Below are positions 38,812 through 51,895 of a DNA stretch of 64,000 nt, one piece after another. Position 1 is the first letter of the stretch. Each line of letters starts with the position of its first letter. Position numbers and translations under genes: made by a program. The notes under the pieces are model-generated. The model was not told the DNA's origin and ran no database searches. It saw only the letters and a program-made list of their open reading frames with translations. Source of the DNA: the human T2T-CHM13v2.0 reference genome, Homo sapiens; the NCBI RefSeq assembly GCF_009914755.1, contig NC_060927.1; one strand, given 5' to 3'.

Positions 38812-40202
38812 CTAAAATGTTCCCTCTTTTACTCTATTTTGAAATTGTTTCTATAAAGTTGAAATTATTTGCTCTCTGAATGTTTGGTTGGACAGCATGG
38901 TAAATTATCTAGGCCTGGAGTTATCCTCTGTGGGAAGATATTTAACTACCTGTTCAATTTCTTTAATGATTATGACCTTTCATGTGTCCTATTTTTTAAA
39001 ATCAATTTTTGTAGCATTTTCCTAGGAATTTGTCCATTTCATATAAATTTTCAAAGTAACTGGCATGAAATTATTCATTCTATCATTTTATTTTCTCCTT
39101 AATAGTGGCAGCTATATTCTCTTTTTTTTCCTCATATTATTTACTTGGGATAGCTCTTTTTCCATGATCAAAGATTTGTCAAATTTATTAGTCATTCCAA
39201 ACAACCAACTTTTGTTTTTGTTCATCCTTTCTACTCTATGCTTATTTTCCATTATATTAATTTCTGCTCATATCTTCATTATTTCCTTTGTCCCAGATTC
39301 TCTGCATTTACTTCAGTTTTCTTTTCCTATCCTCTTAAGATGGCTGTATCAGTCATTAATTTTCAATCTTTGTTTTTGTTTTAATATAATCATTAGAAGC
39401 TAGAATTCTTTCTAATTGCTGCTTTATCTGCATCTTATAAGTTTTAACGGTAGTATTTTCACCATCATTCCATTCTAAATATTTTCTGGCTTTACTATGA
39501 TTATTTTCTTTGACTTGTGGTTTATGTAGAAATGTATTTCTTAACTTCCCAATACATGAAGTTTTATTGGTTATCTGTTGGTTATTGATTTCTAGTTTAA
39601 CTGAACTGTGTTCAAAGAATGACAGGTAACTTTGAAAATTATTGAGACTCGCTATATGGTCAATTTTTGCAAATGTCCTTTGTGTTCTTGTACAGAATTT
39701 GTATTCTGCATTGTGTGAGTACAATACTACACAAGTCTATTAGGATATATTTGGTAAATTGTATTGTTTAAATCTTCATTTTCCTTACTGATTCCTTATC
39801 TGCTCCATCACTTCTCTTCTGATAGATATCTTAAAACCTCCTTTATAATTGAGAATTTATTTATTTATCTTTAATTTCTGTCCATTTTTGTTTCATTAAT
39901 TTTGAGATATGCTATTAGGTTCTATTTATCTTGCCTTTTTCTGATTCCTTTTTTCTCTCATTTCTTGCCTTTTTAAAATTGGTTATTTTTTATCACCTTT
40001 TTTCCTCTACTAGTTTCAAAGACATGTACCATTTTTACTATTTTAATGGTCTTCCTAGAAATTATAACATTCATACCATAGAAATATCTTCATTTCTGTC
40101 TTGAACAACACAATTTTAACTTTATTCATTCCCTTCCCAATTTAAGTGCTATGATTTTCCAGTATTTTAGTTCTGCCTTTTTTTTCAGTATTTTACTTTT
40201 GA

Positions 40203-40519
<317 letters not shown>

Positions 40520-40634
40520 TCTTTATTTAAATTTACCATAATCTTTGCTCAGCATTTCTTACTGCATCTCAGATTTCCCATCTAGGATCATTTTCATCCT
40601 TCTTGAAGTATATTCTTTAGAAATATATCCTTTG

Positions 40635-42541
40635 ATACAAAATCAACGTACAAAAATCAATAGCATTTCTATACACCAACAACATCCAAGCTGAGAGCCA
40701 TATCAAGAATGCAATCCCATTCACAATAGCCACACAGAAAAATAAAATAAAATACTTTGGAATACAGCTAACAAGGGAGGTGAAAGATCTCTACAATGAG
40801 AATTACAAAACACTGCTGAAAGAAATCAAAGATGATACAAACAAATGGAAAAACATTCCATGCTCATGGATAGGAGGATTCAAAGTCATTAAAATGGCCA
40901 TACTGCTCAAAGCAATTGATGGTTTCAATGCTGTTCTATCAAACTACCAATGACACTTTTCACAAAAGTAGAAAAAAAAACACTATTGTAAAATTCGTAT
41001 GGAATTAAAAAAGAGCCAGAATATCCAAAGTCATCCTAAACAAAAAGAACAAAGCTGGAGACATCACACTACTCAACTTCAAACTATACTACAAGGCTAC
41101 AATAGCCAAAACAACATGGTTAAGGTACAAAAACAGACATGTAGACCAATGGAACAAATTAGAGAAATCATATATAAAGGCACACACCTATAATAATCTA
41201 ATCTTTGACAACATCAACAAACCAAGCAATGGGGAAAAGAACCCCTTATTCAATAAATGGTGCTGGTATAACTGGTTAGGTTAGCCAGATGCAAAAGATT
41301 GAAACTGGACCCCTTCCTTTCAGCATATACAAAAATAAACTCAAAATGGATTAAATACTTAAATATAAAACCTCGAACTACAAAAAACCTATAAGAAAAC
41401 CTAGGAAATGCCATTCTGGATGTCAGCCTTGGCAAAGATTTTACAACAAAGCTCCAAAATCAATTGCAACAAAAACAAAAATTGACAAAGGAGACCTAAT
41501 TAAACTAAAGAGCTTCTGCACAGCATAAGAAACTATCGACAGAGTATACAGACAACCTACAGAATGGGAGAAAATATTTGCAAACTATGCATCCAACATA
41601 GGTCTCATATCTAGAATCTGTTAATATAAGAAACTTAAATTAGCAAGCAAAAAATAAACAACTGTAGTAGAAAATGGACAAAGGACATGAACAGACACTT
41701 CTTTAAAAAAAGACATATATGTGGCCAACCAATATATGAAAAAATGCTCAGCATCACTAATGATTAAAGAAATGCAAATCAAAACCACAATGAGCTATCA
41801 TCTCACACCAGTCAGAATAGCTATTACTAAAAGGACAAAAAATAACAGATGTTGGTGAGGTTGTGGAGAAAAGGGAATGCTTATACACTTTTTGTGGAAA
41901 TGTAAATTCGTTCAGCCTCTGTGGAAAGCGGTTTGGAGATTTTTCAAAGAACTTATTAATAAAACGAAACTACCATTGGACCCAGCAATCCCCATTACTG
42001 GGTATATGCCAAAGGAAAATAAAAACACATGAACACATATGTTCATAAAAGCACTATTCATAATTAGGAAAGGCATGGAATCAACCTAGATGTTCATCAA
42101 TGGTTCACTGATAAAGAAAATGTGGTACATATACAGCATGAAATACTATGCAGCCATAAAAAAAGCACAAGATCATGTCCTTTGCAGCAACATGGGTGAA
42201 GCTGCAGGCCATTAACCTAAGTGAATTAATACAGGAACAGAAAACCAAATACCACATCTTTTCATTATAAATGGGAGCTAAACACTGAGAACACGTGGAC
42301 CCAAAGAAGGGAATGATGGACACTGTGGCCTACTTGAGAACGGAGGGTGAAGATGTAAAAATAACTATCCTAGTACTATGCTCATTACCTGGGTGACAAA
42401 ATAATCTGTACACCAAATCTCAGCAACATGCAATTTACCCACATAACAAACCTACACATGTACCCACTGAACCTAAAATAAAGTTGGAGAGAAGGGGGAA
42501 AATATAATACTATGATGTAAATTGAAAAATAAAAAATAAAA
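40635..42541 (+). mobile_element. 5'-truncated L1 (L1PA15/16-like)
   Basis: ORF2 3' portion and 3' UTR; 16-bp TSD AGAAAT(A/T)TATCCTTTG (40619-40634, 42542-42557). Confidence 0.93.
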
Positions 42542-45500
42542 AGAAATTTATCCTTTGGAAAGTACTTTAATGATGATCTTTGGGTAGTCAGTTGAGTTTC
42601 ACTTTAGGTTTGCCTGAAAATGTTGTCATTTTGCCTTTGATTTATAGATAGTTTCACTCAGTTAAACCTTCCTAATCAGCAATTATTGTCTCTTACCATA
42701 TGGAATATACTATTTCTCTTGTTCTGGTTTTCATTGTTGCTGCGAGAGACCAGCTGTCAACCATTCCTCTGTAGGTGATCAGTTTATTCCTTCTGACTGC
42801 TTTAAAGATATTTTCTTTGTCTTTGGTGTTTTGTAGCTTACTCATGTATTTTGGTAAGGATTTCATTTTTAACGTCTGCTCTGGATTTATTGGAATTTAT
42901 GTATCTGAGGATTTATGTCTTTCAATAATTTTGGGAAATCCTCAGCCATCATCTCTTTGGATATTACCTTTTCCCATACTCTTTATTTTTTTTGTTGAAA
43001 CTCAAATTATACTTACATTAGATATCTCATCCTCTCCTGTGTGACTTTTAAGCTCTTTCATATTTTCCAAATATTTATCTTTCTTAGTGGAGGGTGTGGA
43101 ATTTATAGTTCACCCTCCCTGTTGTTCACTCTCTCCGTTGAAGGGAGAGTGTTTTTGTCCCAGTGTCCCATGATCTCTGTTTCTTGTTTCATAACTCTGT
43201 GAGGAAATTGAATCTGAAGGCTACTATGTTCAGTAAATGTCCTCTGGATAAAGTAAAATTTAGCAGTAGTTTAGCTGTCTGGACTTCTGTTTTATCGAAC
43301 TAGATTTTAGCCAGATAGTTATCTACCTTATTGCCTGCTCATTGATGCTTTTAAGCACTATTAGATAGCATTTTTTAATGGTTTTCATTGGGAAAGTTTA
43401 TTTGAGTATCTGTCCCACCATATTATCAGAAATAGAAGGTGATATTATTTATATAAATTATCAGGCAGGGGTTAGGCATTTAATAAACAGTAGCTATTGT
43501 TATTATTGTTTATTCTACTAGCCTAACCAGCTTCTGTCTGTTATCTTCTTTCGTTCATGAAAATGTCATGCATGGAAAAAAATGATAGGTTTTTTAATCA
43601 TTAAGGGAATAATTCTTCATTTGTTTTTCTATTAGTAGAATGTCAAGGACAAGTTCTGAATTCTAATAATTTGAACCAGAAAAGTAAAAAGCATGGTCAT
43701 ACATGTGTTCCAAGGCTCTGTAATAATAATAAGGAAAAGACAAACAACTCCCTTTATTTTAGTTTTGAAGACAATAACTTTGATCATGCAAAACACAGTG
43801 AAGAGTTGAAAAAAAAAGCACTCAAACAGATTAAACTATACAGCAAACTTTGTCAGAAAAAGAGAAAATGAAAGACCTATTTTTCCACATGAATCATAAA
43901 TATCAGTTGATTAATATAAAATAAAATGTTTTCATGCCTACATGACCGTATCTGATCAAAACTGCAGTGTTTGATGAGTGTTGCTGCTTCTGTCTGCAGG
44001 ACTGGAAAGAAGTAAAACACTGTAATTTCAGAATTTATAAACCAGACAGGGTTGCTCTTAGGATACTGACCATGAAAAGCTGTCATAATCCTAAATCATA
44101 AAAGTAAGTATGAACACGCCTAAATGCCAATATCTCTTTACTATTATCTCTTGCCAAGTTTGTACTGACAAAACTAATTAAAGGAAAAGTGATACTCACC
44201 ACATTCATCTCATTGGTAAAATATCAACCACATGACTAACTTTTGAACTGTCAAGATTATGGCAACATTTAACACTTCTCAAGGGAAGATATCAAATAGA
44301 GTCCCAGATTGTTGCTCAATGCTGTTGCCTTCTTTCAGATGCGAAGATATGATTCTGAGGACAGAAGTAAGGACGTCAAGAACAGCACATCTGTAGAACA
44401 GAGTCAATCATGACAGAATAGTTATTTTATTTGTTTAGTTTTGCCCAGATATTTTCTATGGATCAAAGTTACTGAAACTCTAAACTCTCACAGCTCAGAA
44501 ATGCAAAGTATTCATTAGCCATCCTACAGAAGCATATCAGAATTTAAGAGTATGTGGATATTTCCTGTTAGGTATCAGAATCATAAGGAAAGTAAATGTG
44601 GGGTCACATAAGTTGCATCCCCATTCCTGAGTAACAGATAAGCAGTAAAATAGGGGGAAGTAAGCCAGTAAGGAGGCAGTTTGGAGGTAGTGGAAAGTGT
44701 AGAGGACAAGTTGTTTGCAAATCTCAAACAAGCCCTGGGAGAGGAACTAATAACTGGGACTTGCAGGGATCAAAGGAGTGAGGGGGACAGAATTCAGACA
44801 TCTGACTGGTGTATAGAGGAACTTTACCCTGGAGTATGAACATGCAAAGGGAGGGCCAGCGCACCCTGCACAACCTGGAACCATGACAAAGGACAAATAC
44901 TGGTAACTAGATTGGACACTGATGGTAGTCACCAAGGAGAAAATGCTAACTAAGCCTACTCACATTAAATTTTTGAGAAGCAGGTATAATTGCTGAATTT
45001 GCTGATTCCTGAATCTGCTCCAGACATTAAGCCTTAAATGTGCTGATGGTTGGGGCACTTAAACCATAAGCCATAAATAATCACAATTAATCTTAGTAAT
45101 GAATCAAAATATGAATCATTGTGAAGACCAAGCAGATCTATATTTTAAAGAGAAAGAAGTAAACCTAAGCATTTAAAGTTTTTCCTTCTTCACATGTAAG
45201 TTGAGGACCAGAGCAGAAAACATTCCCTAAAGCATAACTTCCAAACCACACCAAAGTCTTTGGCTCTTGACTCCCCAGTACCATGTGCTGTTGAATCAAC
45301 AGTATTGTAAAACCTTTCAGTCTAGTGGGACAAATAGAAGTTGAGCTCCTATTATGTGCCAGGAAGGTGTCAGGGGACAGAGAGATAAATAAGACATTGT
45401 CCTTGCCACTGTACCAAGCATTCTCTTTTCTTCCAAGCATTCTTTATAAAAAGGCATAAAGCCTTTGAAGAGAACTTTGTGTAATTATTTTTGATATTTA

Positions 45501-45596
45501 CTTAGTGTTTGTGTCCATGTGGCTCTAGACATTGGACATGAGGCAGGGGCTCCATAAATCTTACTAAATGGAAAAATACCACTTATGTGACTTACA

Positions 45597-46082
45597 TATT
45601 AGTTTCCTCTTGCTGCCATAACAAATAAACACAAAGTTAGTGACTTAAACAACAGCCACTTATTATCTCACAGTTTTGTGCGTCAGAAGTCCAGGTACAG
45701 CCTGCCTTAACTGGGTCTTCTACTTGGGGAATCATAAGGAATAAATCAAGATGTTGGCTGGGATGGGCTCTTATCTGGATGCTCTGGGAAAGATTCTGCT
45801 TCTGAGTAACATTCATTTCTCTGTGGTTATAGAACTAAGGCCTCCATTTCCTTTACACATGACCCCTTCATCAAGCCAACAATAGTACCTTAATTCCCTG
45901 ACTTCCCCTTCTGTTACTAGCCAAATAAAGAACTCAGCTTTTCAGTGCTTATGTTATTAGATTAGACCTGCCCAGATAATCCAGGATAAGTAACCCCAAT
46001 TATACCTGCTAAGTTCCTTGTGCCATTTAACATAACATATTCACAGGAGGAACACAAGGGAGCCAAATTTCTGCCTACCACA
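45597..46082 (-). mobile_element. MLT1D/E-like MaLR LTR
   Basis: TATTAGTTTCCTCTTGCTGCCATAACAAAT...TTATTATCTCACAGTTTTGTG...TTCTGCCTACCACA. Confidence 0.8.
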
Positions 46083-46089
46083 GCCCATT

Positions 46090-46580
46090 TAATTGCAAGT
46101 GATATAAAACTGCCCTAAGTGGTTTACACCAAAAGAGAGTCAAAAGAGAATGTATTAGGCAAATGGGAAGTAAAGGAGTGATGCATCTTTACCATGAATA
46201 CAATCATGCCTGAAGACATTATCAGATCTCAGTCTCTGACTTTTTTTTAATCTTTCATCTCTGCTCCCCTCTGTGTGGCCTTATTCTCTCCAAGGGCAGA
46301 CTAATTTTCTTTAATTCCAATTTTGTTTATTTCCAGATTAGTGACCCACCGAAAAAAAAAAAAGAAAGAAAGGAAAAAAAAAAAAAAAAGCTTTTCTCTT
46401 GCAATGTCAAATCAGAGCCCCGCTGCCTGGACTTTGAATTTAAGCAGTGTTCCAGTAGTGGGTAAATGGTTGTGACTCATTCATTCCAATACCATGATAA
46501 CTCATTCTTGATACTGAGGACTCTGGTGCATGGTCACAACCCCACTAGGGCCATACGGAGTGGGAAAGAAGGTTGTGTTG
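46090..46580 (-). mobile_element. Older MLT1 (J/K-like) LTR fragment
   Basis: TTGCAAGTGATATAAAAC...CTGCTCCCCTCTGTGTGGCCTTATTCTC. Confidence 0.5.
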
Positions 46581-46954
46581 GGAAAGGTAGGAAAAAAATA
46601 GCATTATAGTCTATTTCACTAGTAGTTATTTTCGAGAGTCACAAATTTCTGACTAGTCTGTATAATCTGAGAGCCAGGGCCATGTGCTAGTCACCTTTAT
46701 ATATTCCATAACATATGGCATAAGGCTTTGCACAAAGCAGAAGCTCAATAAATATGAATGGATCAATTGCACAGAGGTAAATTCCCCAAAGTGTTTACTA
46801 TCTGTCAAAAGGCAACAAGGAAACAGACAAACTGAAAAAAATAGTGGTTTTACTACATAGTTCATGTTAATTACAACTAGCTTTACATAGTAAATTCCAG
46901 TTTACATAGCATGTCTACATATAAAGACAGCTATAATACAAGTTGGGTTTTAAC

Positions 46955-47060
46955 AATAGCCCCATTTTACAGATGAGCCTGAGTGAGGTAGAGACTTGCC
47001 CGAAATAGTCAAAGTAGTAAGTATTGAACAAGAACATCTGATTCATATTTTCTGTTTTTT
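46955..47060 (-). mobile_element. MIR fragment
   Basis: CCCCATTTTACAGATGAG...GACTTGCCCGAA. Confidence 0.7.
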
Positions 47061-48330
47061 CTACGACTAAATATTGGCCAGGGAGTCACACCCCACCCTC
47101 AACTTGGCCTTGTGTTCCTTGTGCTGGGTGTTTTTGGCACCTGAGAGGAAGGAGAGTGACTGGACTGCGGTGATGAGAAAGTGTGCTCTGTGAACTGCCA
47201 GTCATTTCAAAAGAGAGGTTAATGGCGTCATGAAGTAAGACCACAAGGGGTGCCTAACTTAGACCTGCAAAAGACAGCCAGCCAGGGGTATATGAAGAAA
47301 GAGGAAAGACCCTACCCTATGTACAAAGATACACTGTTAGCTGGTTACCTGGTGTTCCAGAAGAAGAGACCACACTGGGAGGTCAGACTGTTATCCTTTC
47401 ATGTTTTATGCTATCATTGGTGGGAATTCCATGTATGTCCCCTGGCAATGAATTTCTTTGAAAATTTGGTTCTGAATTCAATATCGAACTGTGGTTTTTT
47501 TTTTTTAATCCTAAGTAGAAATGGCTTGGCAGGAAGAAAAAAAATGAACCACCTGTCTTTGTCCAACTGTTTAAAATATGTTTTTTCCAAGCATCCCAGT
47601 CTTTCCACTATTGCTTTTTTTTTTTTTCCAACAAAGACCCCACTCCTTTTCACAAAATATGTTTGCACTCAGGAAGTCTTCCTTTTCTCTGAGGCAGTTA
47701 AAGTTAGCAACAAAGCCACTGGTCTAAAGCATTCTTTTATGTAACAGACTACTATGGTACATCCCCCTACCCCATTCCACTTCCCAAAAAGAAGGGTCTC
47801 CTAAAATGTTCTTATGCAGATATTTGACCAGCTTTATTTTCTTTCCTCATAATACATTTTGGGGTATATGTGAAATATATAAAGAGACAGACACACACAG
47901 AGAGAAATAATTCTAGTTGCTTTTGTTGTCAGGTCTGAAACACATCTTGCACAAGTTAAAGAATTAAGAAATGAAAGACAATTCCAATTTTCTACCATTT
48001 TCTTACTTAAGGCAGTTATGGACTTTTGTTAAGCCATGAAGTCCAAAAAAAAGAAACACAACGATTTTTTTTAACAAGCATGTGGTGTATAGCAACTAAT
48101 TAATCACTCAGGAGATAGGATAATAAGTATAGAGATAGATCATGAATTCCAGTTACGCTAAGTTAGTTTACTGAGTGATTCAAGTGATTTATCAACTTAG
48201 GCGCATTGGTGTGTTATTGAAAAAAAATAAACTTATCAAACTATTACCTGAAGGAAACAGGGAGCCTCCAAAGCTTTCAGATGTTTTCCCAACTAGCAGG
48301 AGGCCCCTGCTTGCTTAAAACAGTCTACGC

Positions 48331-48491
48331 TTTTTGTTTTCTGGGTTTTTGCTTGTTTGTTTAGAGACAGGGTTTTGCCATGTTGCACAGGCTGATTGAT
48401 CTCAAACTCCTGGACTCCTGGGCTCAAGTTATCCACCCAGCTCAGCCTCCCGAAGTCCTGGGATTACAGGCATGAGCCACCATGTTCACCC
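48331..48491 (-). mobile_element. FLAM_C / Alu left-arm monomer
   Basis: Monomer with CTCCTGGGCTCAAG, GGATTACAGGCATGAGCCACC; TSD AGTCTA(C/T)GC. Confidence 0.85.
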
Positions 48492-48939
48492 TTAGTCTAT
48501 GCAATTTAAGCAAGAGGTTAATGGAGAAAGTCTCTGCTTTTCTAAGGGTCTCTAAACTTTGTGGCCAGATGTTTTCAGTTGTTATATTTATATCATCTCA
48601 CTGATTCTGAGAATCCCAGCATGTATTCTGACAAGAACTCAATAAAACATCAATTCCAAGTCATCTCCTCACCAAGCTTGACTTATCAGCGTCCTCCATC
48701 AACTGCCTGGTGGAAATTCCCACCAGAAATCATTCAGGACACCAATACAGCTGAGGGTCAGAATCCTCTCTACCTTACATTTCAGACACCCCCAAATAAT
48801 TGCTCTTATTTGTAAATAACTCTTAACAAAAAGTAGAAGAAAAATAAGAAGGTATCCAAGACTCAATAAAATGAGTGAAATAGCTATTTCTAGTCAATTT
48901 TATATAAACTTTATTAGGGCTCAAGAAGAGTCTGTCCTT

Positions 48940-50625
48940 TTTACAGAGCCATGTGTCCCTTCTCTGTAGCTTTAAAATCTTCACTGTCTTGGTGTAAAAT
49001 TTAACCCAATTTATTTTAAATGTGCTGTTCTTATCTTCCTTTAATGTAACTCCTTGGATATTGATGCAAAAATTCTCAACAAAATACTAGCAAACCACAT
49101 TCAACAATACATTAGAAAGAATATTTATCATGACTAAGTAGGATTTAATCCCTGGACTGCAAGGATGGCTCAACATACGCAAATCCATCATTGTGATACA
49201 TCACATCAACAAAATAAAGGATAAAAAAACCATATGATCATTTCAGTTGATGCTGAAAAAGCATTTGAGATTATAAAATTCAATATCACTTCATGATAAA
49301 CACCCTCGAAAAATTGGAGATAGAAGGAACATACCTCAACATAGTAAAAGCCATATATGACAGACCCACAGCTAGTATCATACTGAGTAGGGAAAAACTG
49401 AAAGCCTTTCCTCTAAGATTTGGAACTTGATAAGAGTGCACACTTTCACCACTGTTATTCAACGTAGTACTGGAAGTCCTAGCTAGTGCAATCAGACAAG
49501 AGAGAGATATAAAGGGCATCCGAATTGGAAAGGGAAAAGTCAAATTACCCTTGTTTTCCAATGATATGATCTTATATTTGGAAAAACCTAAAGACTCTAC
49601 AAGAAAAATTTTAGAACTGATAAACAAACTCAACAGAATTGCAGGATACAAAATCAGCATACAAAAATCAGTAGCATTTCTATATGCCAACAATGAAAAA
49701 TGTGAAAAGGGAACACTTGTACGCTGTTGGTTAGAATGTAACTTAGTACAACCACTACAGAGAACAGTTTGGAGGTTCCTTAAAAAAACTAAAAATTGAG
49801 CCACCGTTATGATTCAGCAATCCCGCTGCTGGGTATATACCCAAAAGATAGGAAATCAGTATATTGAAGAGATATCTGCACCCCCCTGTGTTTGTTGCAA
49901 CACTGTTTACAATAGCTAAGATTTGGAAGCAACCTAAGTGTCCATCAACAGATTAACAGATAAAGAAAATGTACCACATATGCACAATGGAGTACTATTC
50001 AGCCATAAGAAAAGAATGTAATCCAGTCATTTGCAACAACATGGATGGAACCGGAGATAATTAGGTTAAGTGAAAATAAGCCAGGCACAGAAAGACAAAT
50101 ATTGCATTTTCTCACTTATTTGTGGGACCTAAAAATCAAAACAATTGAACTCATGAATAAAGAGTAGAAGGGTGGTTACCAGAGTCTAGGAAGGGTAGTG
50201 GGGGGCTCAGGGAAAGGTTGGGAAGGTTCATGGGTACCAAAAAAATAGAAAGAGTAAATAAATCCTACTATTTGATTGGACGATAGGGTGACTATAGTCA
50301 ATAATCACTCAATCATACATTTTTAAATAACTTAAAAAGTATAATTGGACTGTTTGTAACTCAAAAGATAAATGCTTGAAGGAATGGATATCCCATTCTC
50401 CATGATGTGCTTATTTCACATTGCTTGCCTATATCAAAATATCTCATGTACCCTATAAATATATTAACCTACTATATACCCACAAAAATTAGAAAATTTG
50501 TTTAATAGTTTAATATAGCTCCTTGAGGGTAAGAATCAGTGTATTTCCTCACTGTACCCAAACCACCCCTCCCAGCAACATACACAATAGTTTGCACTAA
50601 GTAGAGAAGATCAATAAATAGGTAA
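48940..50625 (+). mobile_element. L2 3' end split by the L1MA insertion
   Basis: TAACTCCTTG|AGGGTAAGAATCAGTGTATT...CACTGTACCC...TCAATAAATA. Confidence 0.55.
49057..50508 (+). mobile_element. 5'-truncated L1MA (MA2-like) with an internal deletion
   Basis: ORF2 RT remnant ([13 protein letters not shown]), 3' end CTACTATATACCCACAAAAATT, TSD TTTAAT(G/A)TA(A/G)CTCCTTG (49040-49056, 50509-50525). Confidence 0.9.
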
Positions 50626-51679
50626 TAAAAATTAGATGCCCCAGAAAAATAATCAATTACTTTTACCTTCTAGACAACTGATTGATGACCAAAGTATTAA
50701 AAGAGAATTTCAAAAATTCAAAAAGATCTTTTCTATAAAAGCATACAGACATGTAAAATGAACAATCTTCGTTATTATATTTCTGGGACAAAAAGTCTAT
50801 GTGACCACAGAATTATTAACTGATTATTTTTGCTCTGAAGCCATTTTGAGTCATTTTTTATTTCCTCCTCTTTTGTGGCTTGCTTTCTTTCGTTAAGTCT
50901 TCCTGGGAAATTTCCCTTTCAGATTGGGTCAAAAGGCTGTGGATTTCCTGGTTTCTGTGAGACAAATGGCTGGAAGAAAATGCGGATTTACCAAGAAGGG
51001 TGGAGATGAGAATTGTCTGAGGAATAGTTGAGCTTCAAGAGACATTCCCCAAGATTATGTGGACTGGCCTTTCAAGGTGGTTATTCAGGATTGTCACTGG
51101 AAGAACTCAAGATTATAGTAGTAAGGTTAAAACATTCCAAATCTGAGACAGAACTGATCAAGATTTAAGGAGACATCTGGGAAGCAATTCTCAGTCCACA
51201 AACAACATTTGCCTGTTTTGTTTCATGCCCAGAATATTTGGAGAAGGATGGATAGGAGAGTCAGGACAGGAAGAGGGAAGGTGTTTAAGGAAATCTTTCT
51301 ATACTGACTGCTTTTCTCTTCCTTAGATGTTATCCTGATTAAGAAACAAACCATAATCCTTATTAAAGATAAATACAACAGGGGCTGTTTTTGCCTGGGA
51401 ATTGCCCTCTATAAGTTAAAGCTACCATGTGCTTTTCCTGGCACATCTGGTGTTATTAATGACCTGGAATATTGAAAGAATTTTCAAACCCTCAGACAGA
51501 AACACAAGTAGTTACATCAGTAATTAGCACTAAAGAGAATTTATAGCATCTGGATATTTCAGTAATTAAGATGGCCCAGAGCATTTCAGTCTGTTGTTAA
51601 GCACAGACCATCAAAGGAGTGATTTCCACAATGTATAGATTTATTCCCTGTCTCACCTTACTTGCAGCCTATAGAGGCT

Positions 51680-51895
51680 GACTGCTGGACTTAAGTTCCA
51701 AGAACTGTAATTGAACCCCAGCTATCACTTACTACTTTGTAACTTTGGGCAAGTTTCTTAGTCCCTCCAAACTGGAGCTCTCCCATCTATAAAACTGGAA
51801 TATTTTCATCTACCTTACTTAGACAAAAGGATTTTTGTGAGGCTCAAAAAGGAAAATAGATGTGAAAGCATTTTACAAATCCAAGGCACTGTGCA
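51680..51895 (+). mobile_element. MIR SINE
   Basis: CTATCACTTACTACTTTGTAACTTTGGGCAAGTTTCTTA...CATCTATAAAACTGG...GTGAAAGCATTT. Confidence 0.8.

Noticed and set aside
47250-47744. 164-aa ORF
   Set aside because: GTG start, runs through poly-T/A tracts (FFFF), no recognisable domain and no bounding splice sites; likely chance.
49286-49804. 172-aa hydrophobic minus-strand ORF
   Set aside because: It is the antisense reading of L1 ORF2, a common artefact.
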